A DNA stretch of 64,000 bases from Fimbriosthenelais zetlandica. Its lineage: Eukaryota. The position numbers and the translations under genes are program-made. Where the stretch lies: contig OZ365109.1 in assembly GCA_977030845.1 (NCBI GenBank), positions 61,876,001 through 61,940,000 on the forward strand, written 5' to 3'. The notes beneath the pieces were generated by a model, which worked only from the letters and a program-made list of their open reading frames with translations, was not told where the DNA came from and searched no databases. Every line of letters starts with the position of its first letter. Position 1 is the stretch's first letter. Below are positions 10,600 to 23,949 of the stretch, piece after piece.

Positions 10600-12150
10600 G
10601 ACCAACAAATCTCTTCACTTCACTCAAAGTACAGTTCATGGGTAAGGTATTTCCGACCAATACTTACACAGAATCGTTATTGCTGGAAATATATTGCTTG
10701 AACAAGATTGGTGTTAACAAGAGTTAAACTGTTGTGTGTTGTGAAGGAGAACACCGAACAGTGCACATCCTGCTGTTTAAAAAACCATTTGGGGACGATG
10801 CTGTCATCATTCTGCATCATATATGCATGAATGAGGCTTCACTGTGAAAAGCACATGTTGTGAAATGCACAAAGGAAACACCTTGCCATTGCCGGTCACA
10901 TTGCCGTGTTTCTGACTGCGGGTTATAGGAAGGAGACAGATCATCTATTGTGTGATCAGATGTTGAGAGTTAGTGGAAAAAGATATTGTATGTTTAAAGT
11001 GTGCCTTGGGTTATTTATGATACTTTACCCGAGGTGGATGTAAAACCTACAGTCATCGAGAAGCCGAGTTGAGAGGCTAAAAGAGGGCTCCATTTTGGAC
11101 CATACTGCTGCTTTGTCACGATTTAGGGGACTAATTCAGATCCTCTATTGTGATCTATAATCTTGGGGGTATTCAAAAATTTAGCCTGTCAAAAGCATGT
11201 CCACTAGATGGTAGACTGTTGGATTTTGGAGATTTTCACCAGTAAGCCATTTCGAAGGTGCAACTGTTTATAGAAGAAACAAGTACAACTGTCTGAATGA
11301 ACATAATACCGCAGAGGGATGACCAGAAATATGTGTTAAAGGCAAAGGACATATTTTCTTGGAATGCCACATGATAGCATCTCATAATTTTGACACAGCA
11401 ATATATCCTTTTCAGTCAGAGGTCGTTGGTTATCTTTCAACAAGGAAGGAGTAACTTAAGTGAAATCAGCCGGCTTTTTGTCTCATGGCTGCTATTTCGA
11501 TCAATGCGACCTCTAGGGAATGAAGAATGGATGCCACGTACAACGTGTTGTCTCTCCTGTACAGAGTGCTGCTGCTGTGAACTAAAACCACTCGAGTATG
11601 GCTTGCAGCTACACTTTGTAGCCTTGGAAACTATCCCATTCTTGATTTGCGTCAATTAACGGGCTGAACCAAAAGGGAGGATTATACTCTTGAGGAGAAG
11701 GAGACAAAACTGTTATGCAGAGGTCATTTGAAGACATTCATTAATAGACCTGTAAGAGAAGAGGAAAAACTAAAATAAAGGACTACTGAATAGTAGCAAG
11801 AACACATTCTTGTGCCATGGTCACTCTTGAAGGTTATTCTTGTTTTGCTGAATGAACCTTGGAAGGACGAATCGGTCAGTCAATGATATAGTCTGTTTGA
11901 TTTATTACCCACTTTGTCTGGCTTATCTGACTGTCGGTGCCACAAATGACTCACATGATTTGGATGAGACAATTTTGCACCTAACTTTGTGAGAGGGATT
12001 GATTTCGAGTGTTCCTTTTGTGCCATATTTAATTATAAACTTGGTTGTATCATATAGGAGGCTAGGATTTAAGAGATCAACAGGTGCTTGATTTTGATGG
12101 TTGAGGGTTTCAACTAGGTAGATTTGGCTAACCTCCTTGGACACCAAGTA
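10600..12150 (-). mobile_element. Decayed L1/Tx1-clade LINE ORF2 (linker plus RT)
   Basis: NPSLLYDTTKFII (cf. P.LLWD..K..IRG); VRGIHSSFPRGRIDR...RLISL (cf. RGIISLIPKKGKD..NWRPISL); HVAFQEN (cf. Q.GF); GHAFDRLNF at ~11180-11200 (cf. KAFDRL.W); SMVQNG; MQNDDSIV (cf. QYADDT); RKYL. The motifs are colinear, with stops and frameshifts. Confidence 0.65.
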
Positions 12151-13079
12151 TGTGTGGCACGAGTGAAGGACACAGGATTGTAAATCATTGAAAGGAAGAG
12201 ATGCGTGCTTAGTTTTCTGGAAGTGGTCAAAAGTTGTGATTTGCTAGCCTGCTAATGTAAATATTACATGGACTTTTTAACTGGTACTTTTTTTCACAAG
12301 TTAGGAATAATATTAACAACTTTTGTAAATGACTTAACCGCAAGTTTACTATATGGATTAGACTAGATCATTTTTGTAAAATTGAAGGCACGGAAAGCAT
12401 ATTATGCCAGTGCATAAGATTTAACTTCACTCGCATCGTTATCAGTATCATCTTTATTATTGAAAACGTCATTATGATCTAGGCAGCAATCCTATACTCA
12501 AAGGCTGAAAAGACCAGAAGGAAAGGATAAACAGTACCATCGTTCATATAATCTAGTCGACAGTTTTGATTAGGGAAAAGGTGTTTTAAGGAACCTTTCA
12601 GTCCGACTAACCTTGATTTCAAGGAAGATTTACACTTCCATTTGGAGACTTGACTGGGAAAACAAGCTCATTGTGAAGAGAGCTCATTCCCACCTGCATA
12701 TTAATACTCAAACTCATCTGCTGCTGGTTTTTAATCTCTTTGGTGATTCTTTTGTACTTGTATTAACTGTTGTGATTGCAACCATCCACCTGGATGTAGA
12801 AATTAGAGGATAGCTATAAACTTGTGGATGAAAACTTGTTCAAGGTCAAGTATAGGTTGCTGTAATCAATGCTGACCAAGGCCTGACTCTGTTTCTGAGC
12901 TGCTCGTGCAGTTGTCATTGATACTTAAGTACTGCCCTGCCAAGAACACCACCTTTACTCGCAAAAGGAAGGCGTGGAGCTAGATCCACTTTAAGTCCTC
13001 CACCGTGTACGTTATTGGGGTAGCCCGTGGATGTACGTTTATGTATGTATTGGAGAACTGGGCCAACTGGTTACGGCTT

Positions 13080-13292
13080 TACTCCACACGTGGCAGTCGC
13101 CTGCGAGCTCACTTCCAAAGGAACGCTGGCGGAGCCGGTGCGCAACTAACTGGCGCAGGTTCCGGTTCCTGCGGTGGTTCCTGTGGTTCCGGTCTGTGGA
13201 GGTCCGGTCTCGAATCGGGCAGCGAACGGGGACCTTTATTTGCTTATTCCCCTCCACCAGCAGCGGCAGCCGACTCCAATGTTTGTGTTACA
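13080..13292 (+). promoter_or_regulatory. GC/CpG-rich proximal promoter or 5' UTR of the TARP gene
   Basis: Locally CpG-rich sequence just upstream of the ATG, with E-box CACGTG 13087-92 and four GGTTCC(G/T)G repeats giving ETS-like GGAA cores on the - strand (13160, 13166, 13178, 13187). The TSS cannot be determined. Confidence 0.5.
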
Positions 13293-13485
13293 ATGGGCTG
13301 TTGTGGAAAGAAGAAACTGCTGATGATAATGACTAGTGTGTGTGCGTGTGCGTCCTTCGCTTTCCTCTGTATAGCAGTTGCTACGGATTACTGGCTATAT
13401 GCCGAAGAGAAAGTGACGGACTCCAATGGAACTGAACTTCAGATGAAGACCATAACTGGACTCTGGCGGAAATGTGTCGATGATG
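13293..13485 (+). CDS. CACNG5/7-like: TARP/CACNG5/7-like coding exon 1 (N-terminus, TM1, first half of extracellular loop 1)
   Basis: ATG at 13293 in strong context (acaATGG). MGCCGKKKLL...IAVATDYWLYAEE...TGLWRKCVDD. Donor G|GTATGT at 13486; 193 nt, phase 1. NGT N-glycosylation sequon in the loop. Confidence 0.95.
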
Positions 13486-15824
13486 GTATGTGCCCTAACT
13501 TTTATACTTATGTGTGCATGAGATCTGTAATACTATATGCAAACTGTCTGGGTTTCTTTCAATTCATAAAAATGATACATTTAACTGCCTCACAAGATCA
13601 GATCGCCATGTATCATGGTCCCATAAATGATGCATGGGCCAATATTTCTGTGTCTTGATATTGACAACTATAGTTTCCTTGCAGGGTAATGGATGGTTGA
13701 CTTCATATTTGAATAGCCCCTATATATATTGTTGGTGAGAGTCTTTGTGATGTTTCTGTTAATGTATGAAATGCACCAATCTTTGAGCTCTAATCTCTGA
13801 CAGAGTAAACAGAGTTTACTCACCAACGATGAAAGAACTGTTGCTCAATTGATTTTCCTCTTCCTCTGCTGTCTTTTACCACTGAGGTAAACTGGGGCAA
13901 ATCTTTAATCAAAGGTTGGTCAAGGCTCTCAAACGATGAACGCGCTGCCTGCCACCTGACCTTGGGCCATATGATTTGTTGCCTTCCAAGGTCGTTTCAG
14001 TGTTTTTAAATATACTCTTGGGAATCTTTACACTAGGTTTTCAAAGACTCCAGCAATTATATTGTTGTCATATATATGTATAGTACTGATATGCAATTCC
14101 GTGTTAAATATCTACAATAAAGAAAAGAGTTTAACCATCAACCATCGATACTGAAATATACTGGTTCATGTATAGCAGAATACAATCTGCATGGCACTTG
14201 TCTTTCCGACAATACTTATAGGATGTTTTATTGTCGTGAGCAACGGTTTAAAGAGGTAGCCTACAAAACTATCACGGGAAATGATGTTTGATAGAACATT
14301 CAATTTGACAAGGATGTCTTTGCATTTCAGCATTTTATACTCCCCGTGCACGTTGCCTGTTTGTTGCAATAGAAGCAACAGCAACAGGTAACTGCATCAG
14401 GGGGCATATAGACGACCAGGCACATGGCATATGTCATGTCTATCACATGTCATTCAGATCTTGTTACACTAATCAAAGCAGAAAGCCCACATATATATGG
14501 CCACACAAAGTACAGCTTTTGGGTTTAGCTATTTAGGGATATTGGCAATCATCGATGGAAAACCCACAATCATAATATAGACCTAAACCCACATGACTAT
14601 ATAAGTTGTGACTCGCATTTCGGGACACACATGTATACATGTACATGATTAAAATCATCAGTTAGACTGGTATTAAATCTTGAAACAAAAATTTAATGTT
14701 GATGCATATGTAATGGGGCGATAGGATGGCACATAGGAATGATGTGTACGAGTTAAGTTGAACCATATATAGTCATTGTTATACTCATAATACCTCGCCA
14801 TAATGCTGACAGGATGCAGTGAGTCGCCCAGCCACGTGCATAATATCCCAGGTACCTGCCGGCTGTTGGTGCAAAAAATCAATACTCTGCTCTCTCATGA
14901 GAGTTCACCTCTTTTCTGATTGACAGAATCACCAAGCCCCGACCGACCTGTGGGTGCAACTCTCATATCAAGGTAATAGCAGGCTGTGTCATGCTATGTG
15001 AAAATACCATACTAATAGCCATGATTAGTTTTCGTGAGCGGGAGGGTCATGTTTCTTCACATCCGAGTGTGTCGGACATTGGAACAACATAAGCCTTACG
15101 TGTTGTTTACATGACAAAAGTACGGACAGTATTGCTGAGTTGGTTGTGAACGAGAGCTTTGCATGCCAGCATCACACTAGTTAAGGAACCGTAATATTAT
15201 GTGCCCCCTTGCCTTACCCTCCAGGCCCACACCCTAGGGATGTCTCACAAAGGCGCACCACCTCGACATGGTATCATTTGTCAACATTGGCCATTATATC
15301 GTAATACCTATGATTTTATGGGAGGAAGTGGACAAAAAGAAAGCTACTCCATCCTTTTCCACATCAGTAGGCTAATTCAAAACAGCCATTTTAGGATCAT
15401 TTAATTTAAGAAATTAATTGAATTGGGAAGGTCTGCATTTTTAAAGGGATTTTTCCTGATGAGAAACGCAAAGGGAATTAGCCTCATCCTCAGTCTATGA
15501 CTGGGCGATAATTGAGGGATGCAAAATGTCGAATTCTGACGCTCATTTCAACCGATCTTGGAGGGAAAAAATATATTGACGTGGATACCCTATAGCTCCT
15601 GGTTTCAAACCCCAATAATGATATTCAAAGTGAACCAAACAGTTTAGAATAAAAAATAGTATACAAGCTCTAAAAGTAACACAATTAAATTACTGTTGTC
15701 ATATGTACACAACCCTAGATATTGTTGATTACATGTATATTCAGTGGTTACCGATCGTTTCATATGAAGTGAGGTGTTGAAGTGAAGGGCCTCGTATGCG
15801 AGCAAGCATTATCAAACCTCCAGT

Positions 15825-15922
15825 AGTATAGGAAAATGAATATTTACAGCTGGCTATTCACCCAACACTGTCGGAAGAAGTATAGGCAAATGAATATTTA
15901 CCACTGGCAACTCAACCGACTA
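15825..15922. repeat. Diverged tandem duplication, 54-bp period
   Basis: AGTATAGGAAAATGAATATTTACAGCTGGCTATTCACCC versus AGTATAGGCAAATGAATATTTACCACTGGCAACTCAACC. Confidence 0.75.
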
Positions 15923-17549
15923 CAAAAGCTATAATGTTCATATGGAATATGATCATATACATAGCCATGCCTTTCAGCCGATAAGAGAAACTATTTATGC
16001 CATTATGATAAAATAGGTTAAAGGTATCCTTTCTGAACTGAAATACATATACAACAGTAAAAATACTTCACACCATCTTCAACACTACGACATGTATTTG
16101 AATTTATAGTTTTGTCATAATAACGAGTTATATGTATTGGTGTGCCCGTTAGGCTATAGTATTAAAATGTTTTAGACGGAGATGCATGAACTCTATAAAG
16201 GGATTCAGTACCGCATAGAAATCACACATAGGCGTGAGGAATAGTTATCATCGAAACCTCTCAATGAGTGTCACCGAGTGTGATGGAAGGCTGGCTGGCT
16301 GTTTTACCCAAGGCACCTGCTCCTACACATTGCCATGTCAGTAATTCAAAGGGACATCAGGAGCCATCACATTATCATATCTGGTATTCATGTCTTTCAA
16401 ATCCCAGGCAGCGATCGGTCATCATGCTGAAAAAATGCCTGAAACCATTTGGATTTGGTTGCTATTAGCATGTTCATGCCCCAGGACGAGTCCTCATTTT
16501 ATGAGCAAAGTGTCCAATTACATCGATGAGGCCACAGAACATTAGGCCATTTTATATCATTCTGTGCCTTAATCTAAAGAGGATCATTTGTAATATTTTA
16601 GAAACGAACATTCCATACCCGGAATTAGTTTGATGACGCAATTAGTTCTTACCTATAAACACTTACCCTTATTTTGAATCATATTTGAATCCGAGATGTG
16701 ATGGTCATAGGTCCTGAGATATAGTCCTCAAGTATACATGGAATTCAAGAATGTACGAAACTCCCTCTAGGAGGCATCGCTGGATTCCAGTATTTGACCA
16801 AACCTCAAATCAAAAATGGGTCATGGATCAGAACACTGGGGGAATCTGAGCAATTTATATTCATGGGAAATCTGACAAGTCCAGTCCTCAATATTCACTT
16901 CCCCCTAAAGACGAGTTGCCACATGCATCTATGGTTTAAAATCATACATAAATTATATATGTAGGGCAAAATGCAGTTTAGTTGAAAAAAAGACTGGGGG
17001 CGTGTCACCCATTAGGCAGCTATTATAATAGTCTGTCAACAGTTAACTTTGCAGTAAGATCCGCTGTTATGTCTAAAGGGGATTTTACTTCAAAGTAGAA
17101 GACTATATACGTGTTGCATTGGGATGACGGATTTGTTATGTTTGTATATTTAATATAGATCGGTGGCTCGAGATAATAGGTTTAAGCCTACAGTTTCTGA
17201 GCTATATCTGCAGAATATGTGCATGCATTATGCAGCAGTGAACTCGGGCAATGTAGGATACATTCTTTACTCAATTACATCCCATGGGGCCAATGAAGCG
17301 GCTATAAGGCAATTAAAGACTGAAACCTGAGTTGTTGGATGGCCCACCTTCGTGGGAAGACAGTCACTTTGACATAATGAGGTTATTAGATAACCTTTGG
17401 AGCCCAGCCAATAAACGTACAATATCTAACTACAATATGATGGTAAGTAATAGCATCCCCCCCCGATATCTACTCCCGAACGGGCATGATCAATAAGGTA
17501 CAATTCAGGGATCTTGTGAAATGAAGAAGCCCATATATATGACTGAAAA

Positions 17550-18180
17550 ATGTCCCTATATCAAATCAGAGACCCGAAAGTATTCATAAATTTATTCTTT
17601 AAATTGATGAACCAGATATTTGAAGTCACTGTTGGGAGTCCAGATTTACGAAAGCTTTGCTATTTAGCAGATCTTTGTAACCTAATGGGACATACACTTA
17701 AGCCATTGCTTGTTTCATCATATCAGAATATTATGTGGCAGCTATATCAATTATTCACAGAGGACCTGTTGAGTTCCTTCATGCAGTGCTACACGAATAA
17801 TAGTGGAACGCAAATAATACATGCTTCCATAGATGTTGAGATCAAAAGCACAAAAAGAATTGTGGTTGTAGCTGATGTTGGCAAAGAAACAGTGGATAAG
17901 TTATCAGATAGGTTAAAGAAAGATGATCTAAAGGGATCCCTGGGGAATTCAAGGTTCAAGCTTGGCTTCAATTTCGACTTGCCTTGTGTATATCAAAGAT
18001 GTATGAATCATCAAGGTCCCAGAACATAAATCTAAATATATTGCAATATTACCTGTGGCACAGCTTGTTAAAGGCAATATATATGATCAACTGTGTGGGA
18101 ATAACTGCAGTGACTGATGGCAGCAGACTGCAATCTGCTTTTGCCCCGGCTTCAATATCCCATCCGGCCATGTTCGTAAC
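17550..18180 (+). mobile_element. Decayed RTEX-like LINE RT fragment
   Basis: LFFKLMNQIFEVTVGSPDL (cf. KLFN.IF.SG.YP..W), YQLFTEDLL (cf. KLFT.IL), FNFDLPCVYQRCMNHQG (cf. F.DF.KAYD.V.H.G), LLKAIY...AVTDG. Confidence 0.45.
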
Positions 18181-20817
18181 ATGAGGCTAAATACCGGTGA
18201 CCATGCGTCCCTAGTTGCTCCATCGGCCCAACCTTTCACCACAGTATTGAGTATACTACTCACCGGGGGAACTATATTTATATCCAGTTATATAATGCTA
18301 CTTAAATTACAATGGCCAGGAAAGAGTACTAAGATAAAAAAAAGTTCTATGACTGAGTCTATAATATTGTATTATGTTCACAAGTCAGTGTTCTCGAGCT
18401 CATATCAACTGATAGAAGAAATCCCATCTGATGGGGCAAATGAATTCCCATTCCACATCAGCGAATAACAGTAAACCAAACCTTTCAAAAGCAATTAATC
18501 AGTTGCTTATCACGTATCTTTGATGAAATTGCCGTGACTGTATGGTGGATAATCAGGCTCTCATAGACTGTCGAGTATTTGCTTACATACCATGCAAGGC
18601 AGAGCATGGGTATGACTGTTTCACTTAGATCTGTCATACACTTGCTTATGATCTAGTTTGGCTTTTTAAACTGATCATATTGCACAGTCTGTTTTGCATG
18701 CAAACAATAAAATGCACAAGGACCGTTTCATGATAAATGGATGTAACATTGCTGTGTTTGGAAGCTGAGGGTGCGTGTTACAAGGATGCAGTATGCCAAG
18801 TTGATATGTTATCAAAGTTGTATACATCATATTCCTTGAACTTTTGCTTGCAATGCATCTCTGTGCCGCGGAGAAAGATTCAATACATCAAAAGTCCAAC
18901 CTTTTCATTGGGAAATTTCAGAGGACAGTTTACTTGAATCAGAGTTGGTGTTCTAGCCTAACTGTGAATAACTAATTATTCACCTATAGGGAAACTGTCC
19001 GAAGTTAGACCAGTGTGTAAGAAAGTCATCGTTGGAGGCAATAAAGATGAATCGCTGTGCTAAGTCAATAACCTCCTGCTCCAGGTGAAGCCTCCAGGGC
19101 AGAGTACAAACCTGACTTGGCTCTTCCTATGTCTGACTGCTCCATCGTCTCAGGGCCGACAGAGCCTCGGCGCGCTGACAGCTCCGTTCGACCAATTATC
19201 CGGTCCAAGTAGCATGGCCCTCAGCTGCATGGCTTTGGTGCGACAAGACTGAGTAAAGAATATTGACTTGGCTTGCTCTGCCTCCAGCCTCCCTCCTGGA
19301 GGGCGGAGGTGGGGTTGAGTGGGAGGGGGAGATTAGCTTCCACCCTGTCCCCACCCAACCTTGCCACACTGCACGAGCGCCATATTGACAGTGCCCTTTT
19401 GGTCATTATTTTTCTGGCCATTCATTGGCGCCTGGCTGAACTATAGGACAACTGGTCAATATGAGACACAAGACTCAATTTACACATTGTACTTGCAAAT
19501 GAATTTCACAACTTCAATCTCCATTTTAAAGCACTCTCCAGTGGTAAATATTGAGAGCATTGATTTTCAGAATGAGTTTAAAAGAAAAAAGCTTGTTTGC
19601 CCTTGTCAATGATCCCTAGATGTCGGCAACCCAATCTCCCCAGGTGTAAGAAAATTGCTCTTACTTATTTGCAATCCATGCCCATTTTTATCATGCGTCA
19701 GCAAAATGTGGACTGCGAGAATCGCCACCTGCAGATCAGTAGGGACATAAGCAATTCACCACCGACATCTGAATTACAAATGTGTCAAAAGTCAAAATCA
19801 TTTATCACCCCTTTGCCATTGTGCATGGGCCACATACCATAGAAGAATTTGCGCAGAAGGCTTGCGCATAAACCAGGGGCCTTATTAAGCAGATAGTTCC
19901 TTCTCATCGCTTTGTCACATGCAATTAGCACAGAAAGAAGCATGTTGTTCATTAGTTTCCCCATAGGAAAATGTTAGGGGAAGCCTGCTCGTGATTATTA
20001 ATGTTCTCCAGATTCACAATATTTCGGGTAGGCTGCCTAGTATGCTCAGCCTTCCTGAGCAGGGTTTGGAGAGGGAGTCGCCTTGGCTAATGGATAATTA
20101 AGAAAGAGCCCTTTGTTTATTCATGAAGCGGATCTGTTTTCACGGTGGAGCACAACTAATCAGGAACAACACTATCCTATAAGCTTTTATAAAGGAGATA
20201 GCTGAGGGACAATGACCACATTCATTTCCCTCTCACTTCTTGCTTATTAGCTTTATTCAATATTTGTCCATCGTAATGATATACCCTAAGCTTGTTGTCC
20301 TGATTAATATGCTAAAACAGAATTGGTTCATAAATGGAGGCTAACCCCAGGAAGCAAGATGGCCCACCTTGCCTTGGCAATACATCAAGGTGTCCTTATA
20401 GGGACACACTGCAAACTAGTCCAGTTCTCCCGCGCAATGCTAGTCCCGCACTGACGAGATTAACGCCGGCCGCCATCTTGCATGTAAGCCATCATGGCCG
20501 CCGGAGGACGTTGGGTGGTGGCGATGGAAGCGGAAGGTGGTGGTGCTGCTTGTGGTGGGAGTGGTGACTCCCCGACCGTCTGCTGTTTACATGAACGTGG
20601 TGCACACCCTGAACATTCTGTCCTTTTACCAAGTATATTACCATTTCTTCAGGTTTAGCCCCTTCCCGCTATCTAAAGAAATAGGATGAACCAGGGCAAC
20701 TTGGGCCCAAAATGCACTGAAGGGTCCCCATATCTGATAGATTTCTGTTTGTGTGTTGTATGCCCTGTAATGTGGGATAGTAACATGGACGCCTATGTGG
20801 AAAGCAGGAACACTACA

Positions 20818-20999
20818 ATTCTTGATTCATAGATTTACAGGAAGTGATGGTGAGCATACCCCATAAGCATGACTCGGCCTGATTGGTTTCTTCTCCACTG
20901 AACCTGATATGCATTGTAAAGCATACACAGTTCGAAGTTCAACAGGTCTCTGTGATTGCTACTCATTTGCACATGGAACAAATCTATGAATCAAGGAAT
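20818..20999. mobile_element. MITE-like element with 16-19 bp terminal inverted repeats
   Basis: CTTGATTCATAGATTT (20821-36) and AAATCTATGAATCAAG (20980-95) are perfectly complementary and extendable with one gap. No clear TSD. Confidence 0.55.
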
Positions 21000-23949
21000 A
21001 AGGCATGCAGTTTTGCAGCATTTATCTAACAGACATTGATATTGTACTATCTGGATGAAAGTGGAAGGAATCCTTTTCAGAAATGTTGCCATAATATTAT
21101 ACAGAGCCAAATACATCCCGTACACATGAGTATCGCAGTTTTATGATCGTTTTGCAATGTTAACTTCCGATCACTTTACTTCTCACATTTTTCTTTGTAA
21201 TTTAAGCACTCTTATCATGATAATTGCTCATATCAGTGAAGTGGGATAGCCTCTTTCATTTGCAATGGGGTTCAATGTGTTTAACACAACAAAAGCAGCG
21301 TCAACTGTCATTGCAATCTGCTATAAATCAGCTACATTAAGAGGGTTTGAATGCGGCTGAAATCCTGCCAGCAATTAGCATGGTCATGAAATTTATCACA
21401 GGCATGCGGCTGCCAGCCGTGCCTTATTGGCCATTCTAAAGCTATGCTGCTCAGGCCACAGGCTCTTGCTGACAGCCGTTTGTGAGAAATTTAAATCACA
21501 TTATCGAACAAGTGGCTTTCACATTCTGACATTTGTGGAATGCATGGCTTCAACATTTCACAAAATATATATACTACAATTGATTTACTTCAGAATATGC
21601 AAAATATGAATCCTTCTGTGTAATTTGTATGGGCCCAAAAATAATTTCAATGGTCTTTGGGTGAAAATATAAAATGAAAACTTTGGAATTGGATCTCTTC
21701 ATGAAAACGGTGACCTACAAGTTATGTCAGACTGGAGCTTGTTATGTCGCCCTGTGATTTCCGGTCCCCACCCACTCACCTGAATAGCAGTCACGATGAC
21801 ATTTGGTTATCCGTGATCGATTGAGCTTCAGTATGACAAGCAGTAGGTGCTTATGGACTCAAAGCACAATATTAGTGGCATTGTGAAGTAGAACGTATAG
21901 AAAAGGGCTTTCTACCTGGATAATAATGGGTTTTAAAAAGTGATTATATATCTCGTTATATGTTCAGTGAGGCCTTGGTTGTTGGTGTGACATAGAATGT
22001 CAGTAAGCGCAATGCAAGGATACATGTATGTACAATGAATTTCCCTTCATCAAGATGTATAATCCTGAAAAAATAAACTGCATGTAGCTCAACATATTGT
22101 ACATAATACATACATAGGCTTGTTTTGGAATGAGTTTGATAATCACCCACATTTAGATAGATCTACTTATAGTGATTCACATGAGCTTGGCATGTAAATC
22201 TTTCCCGAAAGGCAACATAATTTACAGGATTTGTGGCTGTGGAATGTTTGTCCACTTTCAGCTATAGTCTATCAGGGAATGCCTGTTATTAGTAATGTAG
22301 GATATCCTAGTAAAACCATGAAATAAAGAAGTTAATTAATTGTCATTCTTGGTTATCCGCGCAATAGAATCCATACACCCTCAGTGAAAAGACCATCTGA
22401 GACAAGGACATCTAGAAAATTAACTTGTTGCCGGCGCTTAACGTCGCCAACTGTATTGAAAGTAATTTCTCTGTCCTTAAGGGGAATACAGTGTATTTGA
22501 GTCCCCAAGGGATATTGGCGTAATACCTGGGAGGAGAACTAGGCATAATTACCTCTAGCTGGCTTAGCAATTCTTGGCTCTTAGACCAAATCCCATGTAA
22601 CTTGGATATTCCTGTGTAGAGAGACTGTTGTATGGAATGCTGCGTGTTTAGATGTCCATGTCTTATATTCCAATGCTACAGTAGCATCCTGTCACTTCTA
22701 TCAGTGTTCGCTATTAACATTCACACGCTTCCCTAATGAAATTATGTGCCAGTCTGATGACATTAGCTTTTTCTTATTGTTGGATTCAAATTACCCGGCT
22801 CCGGCCTAACACAATTATCTGGGATAAGGCCCGTCTAAGCGGTGTTCCTTTTCAGTTATTTGATGTGATTACCATACATTTGTACTCGCTAGTCGCTGCT
22901 ATGGAACATCGCCTTGGAGAGAATGGAATATCAATGCTGGGTTTTTAAGCGCAGGCACGCCAACTCCTTCCTTATTCTCTTGCTCAATGAACCATGAAGT
23001 GATCTTTTTAAGTCAACATATTGTCTGCAATATATCTCCTTATTTATGAACCAAACTCACGTATGATATCTGAGGTTAAGATTGGAGTGATCTACACAAC
23101 ACCCCTTTACAAATGGCCCATGTTATTTTTGTTAATTTCTGTTCAACAAACATTTAATTGTTGGTTTGTTCATGAAAACCTTGTCTTCCCCACTATGGTG
23201 TTGTACATAACCAAGTGAATGATAATACGTTTTCACACAATACCATGGTATTGCCCAATTTCTACTCACTGGACATGGATTCACATACATGTATACAATA
23301 TGACTCGAGCCCATAGAAATAAGCAAGTTGCACTTTGATGTTAAAACATTGAGATACATATTTGCTTAACCTTTATTTCCGACACGTTATGATATATGCA
23401 TTATATGCCTTGCATGATTTTTCTCCAAGCACAGGCTTTTATCGGTGATTGAACAAATGCCTTTCCTCAAGTGGGAAATAATGCACTGGAGCCTGTCTAG
23501 AACTGGAATCCATGTCCTGAATTATACAGTCCCGGGCACCATCACGTTACTGGGCGCAGGTGCGATGGACATATTTCTCCATAAATGTACTTTCCCTGAT
23601 GGTGATATATCATAATCAGGGAGCGATGGTTAACATCCAATGCAGGGTCAGGCTCAGGCCACCAGAGAATGATGGAAGCAGATTTGAAGTACCAAACTCC
23701 AGACTGAACCATGCATGACCAGGAACTTTTTCTCTTTCATGGTTTTTAATGAGATGTGAGGCATGACTCTGGCGATTCCCTTAAAGAAGCCTCAGGTTGT
23801 GATGGGAATTGATCATGCAATGTTATTCTGCTGAAAAAAAATATGTGGAGGAGGAAAGTTGTGTGTAGGTGTTACAGGGTATATCATATGAACAATGTGT
23901 AATCTGTATCACCTTGCATGGCAATGAATACATCAGATTGTACAGGCAC

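Noticed and set aside
11745-11790. Strong splice acceptor on the - strand suggesting a nested antisense gene
   Set aside because: All three downstream frames hit stops within a few codons, and the site is inside the L1/Tx1 fossil.
13486-13658. Read-through of the exon-1 ORF into the intron (ORF track 13005-13658)
   Set aside because: Homology to TARPs stops at the GTATGT donor. The remainder is intronic.
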